DNA from: Balanoglossus misakiensis
Taxonomy: Eukaryota > Animalia > Hemichordata
Length of the DNA stretch: 64,000 nt
NCBI GenBank assembly: GCA_040954595.2
Contig: CM082589.2
Location: 8,752,794-8,816,793, forward strand
Direction: 5' to 3'
Positions within the stretch are counted from its first letter, which is position 1. Every line of letters starts with the position of its first letter. The notes below the pieces were generated by a model, which searched no databases, was not told the origin of the DNA, and saw only the letters and a list, made by a program, of their open reading frames with translations. Shown piece after piece: positions 61,375 to 64,000 of this stretch. The position numbers were made by a program, and so were the translations under genes.

Positions 61375-61604
61375 GTATAACGTTCACAGTGGCCACCAAA
61401 CGGAAGTCACAGTAGAAACTGAGAGTTTGACAAGTAGAACAAAAAATAAACGTCCCGTCAAACGTCTCCGTAGTAGCATCTGGCATTCATAAACATCATC
61501 AGCCGAAAATAGCCCTCCAGCATTTAGGATCACCAAGAAAAAAGCAAAAATTACGTCCGCCGGTCAACGTGTCGCCATAGCTGAGCACGTCAACATCCGG
61601 GTCC

Positions 61605-61618
61605 GAAGCCTGACTGTC
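61605..61618 (+). repeat. Target-site duplication, right copy
   Basis: GAAGCCTGACTGTC, identical to 56129-56142. Confidence 0.93.
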
Positions 61619-64000
61619 GCCTGTCTTAGGTCACCACTTCATAAGCGGTCTTACGCGTCATTGGCACAAACTGTCTCAGGAAGTAAGCTTTCAGCGTACC
61701 AATGTAGCTATTGTATTTTCCACTTTTTGTAAGTGAAGCCTGACTGTCGCCTGTCTTAGGTCACCACTTCGTAAGCGGTCTTACCCGTCATTGGCACAAA
61801 CAGTCTCAGGAAGTAAGCTTTCAGCCTACCAATGTAGCTATTGTATTTTCCACTTTTTGTAAGTGAAGCCTGACTGTCGCCTGTCTTAGGTCACCACTTC
61901 ATAAGCGGTCTTACCCGTCATTGGCACAAACAGTCTCAGGAAGTAAGCTTTCAGCCTACCAATGTAGCTATTGTATTTTCCACTTTTTGTAAGTGAAGCC
62001 TGACTGTCGCCTGTCTTAGGTCACCACTTCATAAGCGGTCTTACCCGTCATTGGCACAAACAGTCTCAGGAAGTAAGCTTTCAGCCTACCAATGTAGCTA
62101 TTGTATTTTCCACTTTTTGTAAGTGAAGCCTGACTGTCGCCTGTCTTAGGTCACCACTTCATAAGCGGTCTTACCCGTCATTGGCACAAACAGTCACAGG
62201 AAGTAAGCTTTCAGCGTACCAATGTAGCTATTGTATTTTCCACTTTTTGTAAGTGAAGCCTGACTGTCGCCTGTCTTAGGTCACCACTTCATAAGCGGTC
62301 TTACCCGTCATTGGCACAAACAGTCTCAGGAAGTAAGCTTTCAGCCTACCAATGTAGCTATTGTATTTTCCACTTTTTGTAAGTGAAGCCTGACTGTCGC
62401 CTGTCTTAGGTCACCACTTCATAAGTGGTCTTACCCGTCATTGGCACAAACAGTCTCAGGAAGTAAGCTTTCTGCCTACCAATGTAGCTATTTTATTTTC
62501 CACTTTTTGTAAGTGAAGCCTGACTGTCGCCTGTTTTAGGTCACCACTTCATAAGCGGTCTTACCCGTCATTGGCACAAACAGTCTCAGGAAGTAAGCTT
62601 TCAGCCTACCAATGTAGCTATTTTATTTTCCACTTTTTGTAAGTTGAAGCCTGACTGTCGCCTGTCTTAGGTCACCACTTCATAACCGGTCTTACCCGTC
62701 ATTGGCACAAACAGTCTCAGGAAGTAAGCTTTCAGCCTACCAATGTAGCTATTGTATTTTCCACTTTTTGTAAGTGAAGCCTGACTGTCGCCTGTCTTAG
62801 GTCACCACTTCATAAGCGGTCTTACCCGTCATTGGCACAAACAGTCTCAGGAAGTAAGCTTTCAGCCTACCAATGTAGCTATTATATTTTCCACTTTTTG
62901 TAAGTGAAGCCTGACTGTCGCTGTCTTAGGTCACCACTTCATAAGCGGTCTTACCCGTCATTGGCACAAACAGTCTCAGGAAGTAAGCTTTCAGCTACCA
63001 ATGTAGCTATTGTATTTTCCACTTTTTGTAAGTGAAGCCTGACTGTCGCCTGTCTTAGGTCACCACTTCATAAGCGGTCTTACCCGTCATTGGCACAAAC
63101 AGTCTCAGGAAGTAAGCTTTCAGCCTACCAATGTAGCTATTGTATTTTCCACTTTTGTAAGTGAAGCCTGACTGTCGCCTGTCTTAGGTCACCACTTCAT
63201 AAGCGGTCTTACCCGTCATTGGCACAAACAGTCTCAGGAAGTAAGCTTTCATGCCTACCAATGTAGCTATTGTATTTTCCACTTTTTGTAAGTGAAGCCT
63301 GACTGTCGCCTGTCTTAGGTCACCACTTCATAAGCGGTCTTACCCGTCATTGGCACAAACAGTCTCAGGAAGTAAGCTTTCAGCCTACCAATGTAGCTAT
63401 TGTATTTTCCACTTTTTGTAAGTGAAGCCTGACTGTCGCCTGTCTTAGGTCACCACTTCATAAGCGGTCTTACCCGTCATTGGCACAAACAGTCTCAGGA
63501 AGTAAGCCTTTCAGCCTACCAATGTAGCTATTGTATTTTCCACTTTTTGTAAGTGAAGCCTGACTGTCGCCTGTCTTAGGTCACCACTTCATAAGCGGTC
63601 TTACCCGTCATTGGCACAAACAGTCTCAGGAAGTAAGCTTTCAGCCTACCAATGTAGCTATTGTATTTTCCACTTTTGTAAGTGAAGCCTGACTGTCGCC
63701 TGTCTTAGGTCACCACTTCATAAGCGGTCTTACCCGTCATTGGCACAAACAGTCTCAGGAAGTAAGCTTTCAGCCTACCAATGTAGCTATTGTATTTTCC
63801 ACTTTTTGAAGTGAAGCCTGACTGTCGCTGTCTTAGGTCACCACTTCATAAGCGGTCTTACCCGTCATTGGCACAAACAGTCTCCAGGAAGTAAGCTTTC
63901 AGCCTACCAATGTAGCTTATTGTATTTTCCACTTTTTGTAAGTGAAGCCTGACTGTCGCCTGTCTTAGGTCACCACTTCATAAGCGGTCTTACCCGTCAT
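61605..64000. repeat. 130-bp satellite array, block 4 (about 18 monomers, runs off the window)
   Basis: Same unit and orientation; scattered 1-bp indels after about 62600. Confidence 0.99.

Larger units (their letters stand above)
56143..61604 (-). mobile_element. Full-length non-LTR retrotransposon, L1 group (Tx1-like), 5462 bp
   Basis: A18 tail (plus-strand T18 at 56143-56160), 14-bp TSD, two intact ORFs separated by 94 bp and a 230-bp 5' UTR. A possible ATTAAA signal lies at 56172-56177 on the minus strand. Confidence 0.96.

Noticed and set aside
41912-61486. Numerous short overlapping or antisense ORFs in the track
   Set aside because: Shadow ORFs of the four long LINE ORFs, with no independent motifs.

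Overview
Eukaryotic (probably metazoan) satellite DNA, not a prokaryotic locus. About 52 of the 64 kb is one head-to-tail 130-bp satellite with very low divergence, 122-bp variants and local higher-order duplications; it is plausibly centromeric or pericentromeric. The first 41 kb is uninterrupted. Three insertions then fall within about 20 kb. (1) A full-length CR1-group LINE (41204-46292, minus strand, AAAT tail, no TSD) has an ORF1 combining PHD finger, coiled coil, intact SGNH esterase and two CCHC knuckles. (2) A 1.57-kb non-coding element (47430-48994) has 13-bp perfect TAG..CTA termini, long foldback arms and a right terminus duplicated as a 131-bp unit. (3) A full-length L1/Tx1-type LINE (56143-61604, minus strand) has poly(A) and a 14-bp TSD. 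The main leads are possible satellite-targeting LINEs and a patchy colinear resemblance between the 131-bp terminal unit of the TIR element and the 130-bp satellite, suggesting a transposon origin for the satellite. All alignments were made by eye and no database searches were run.
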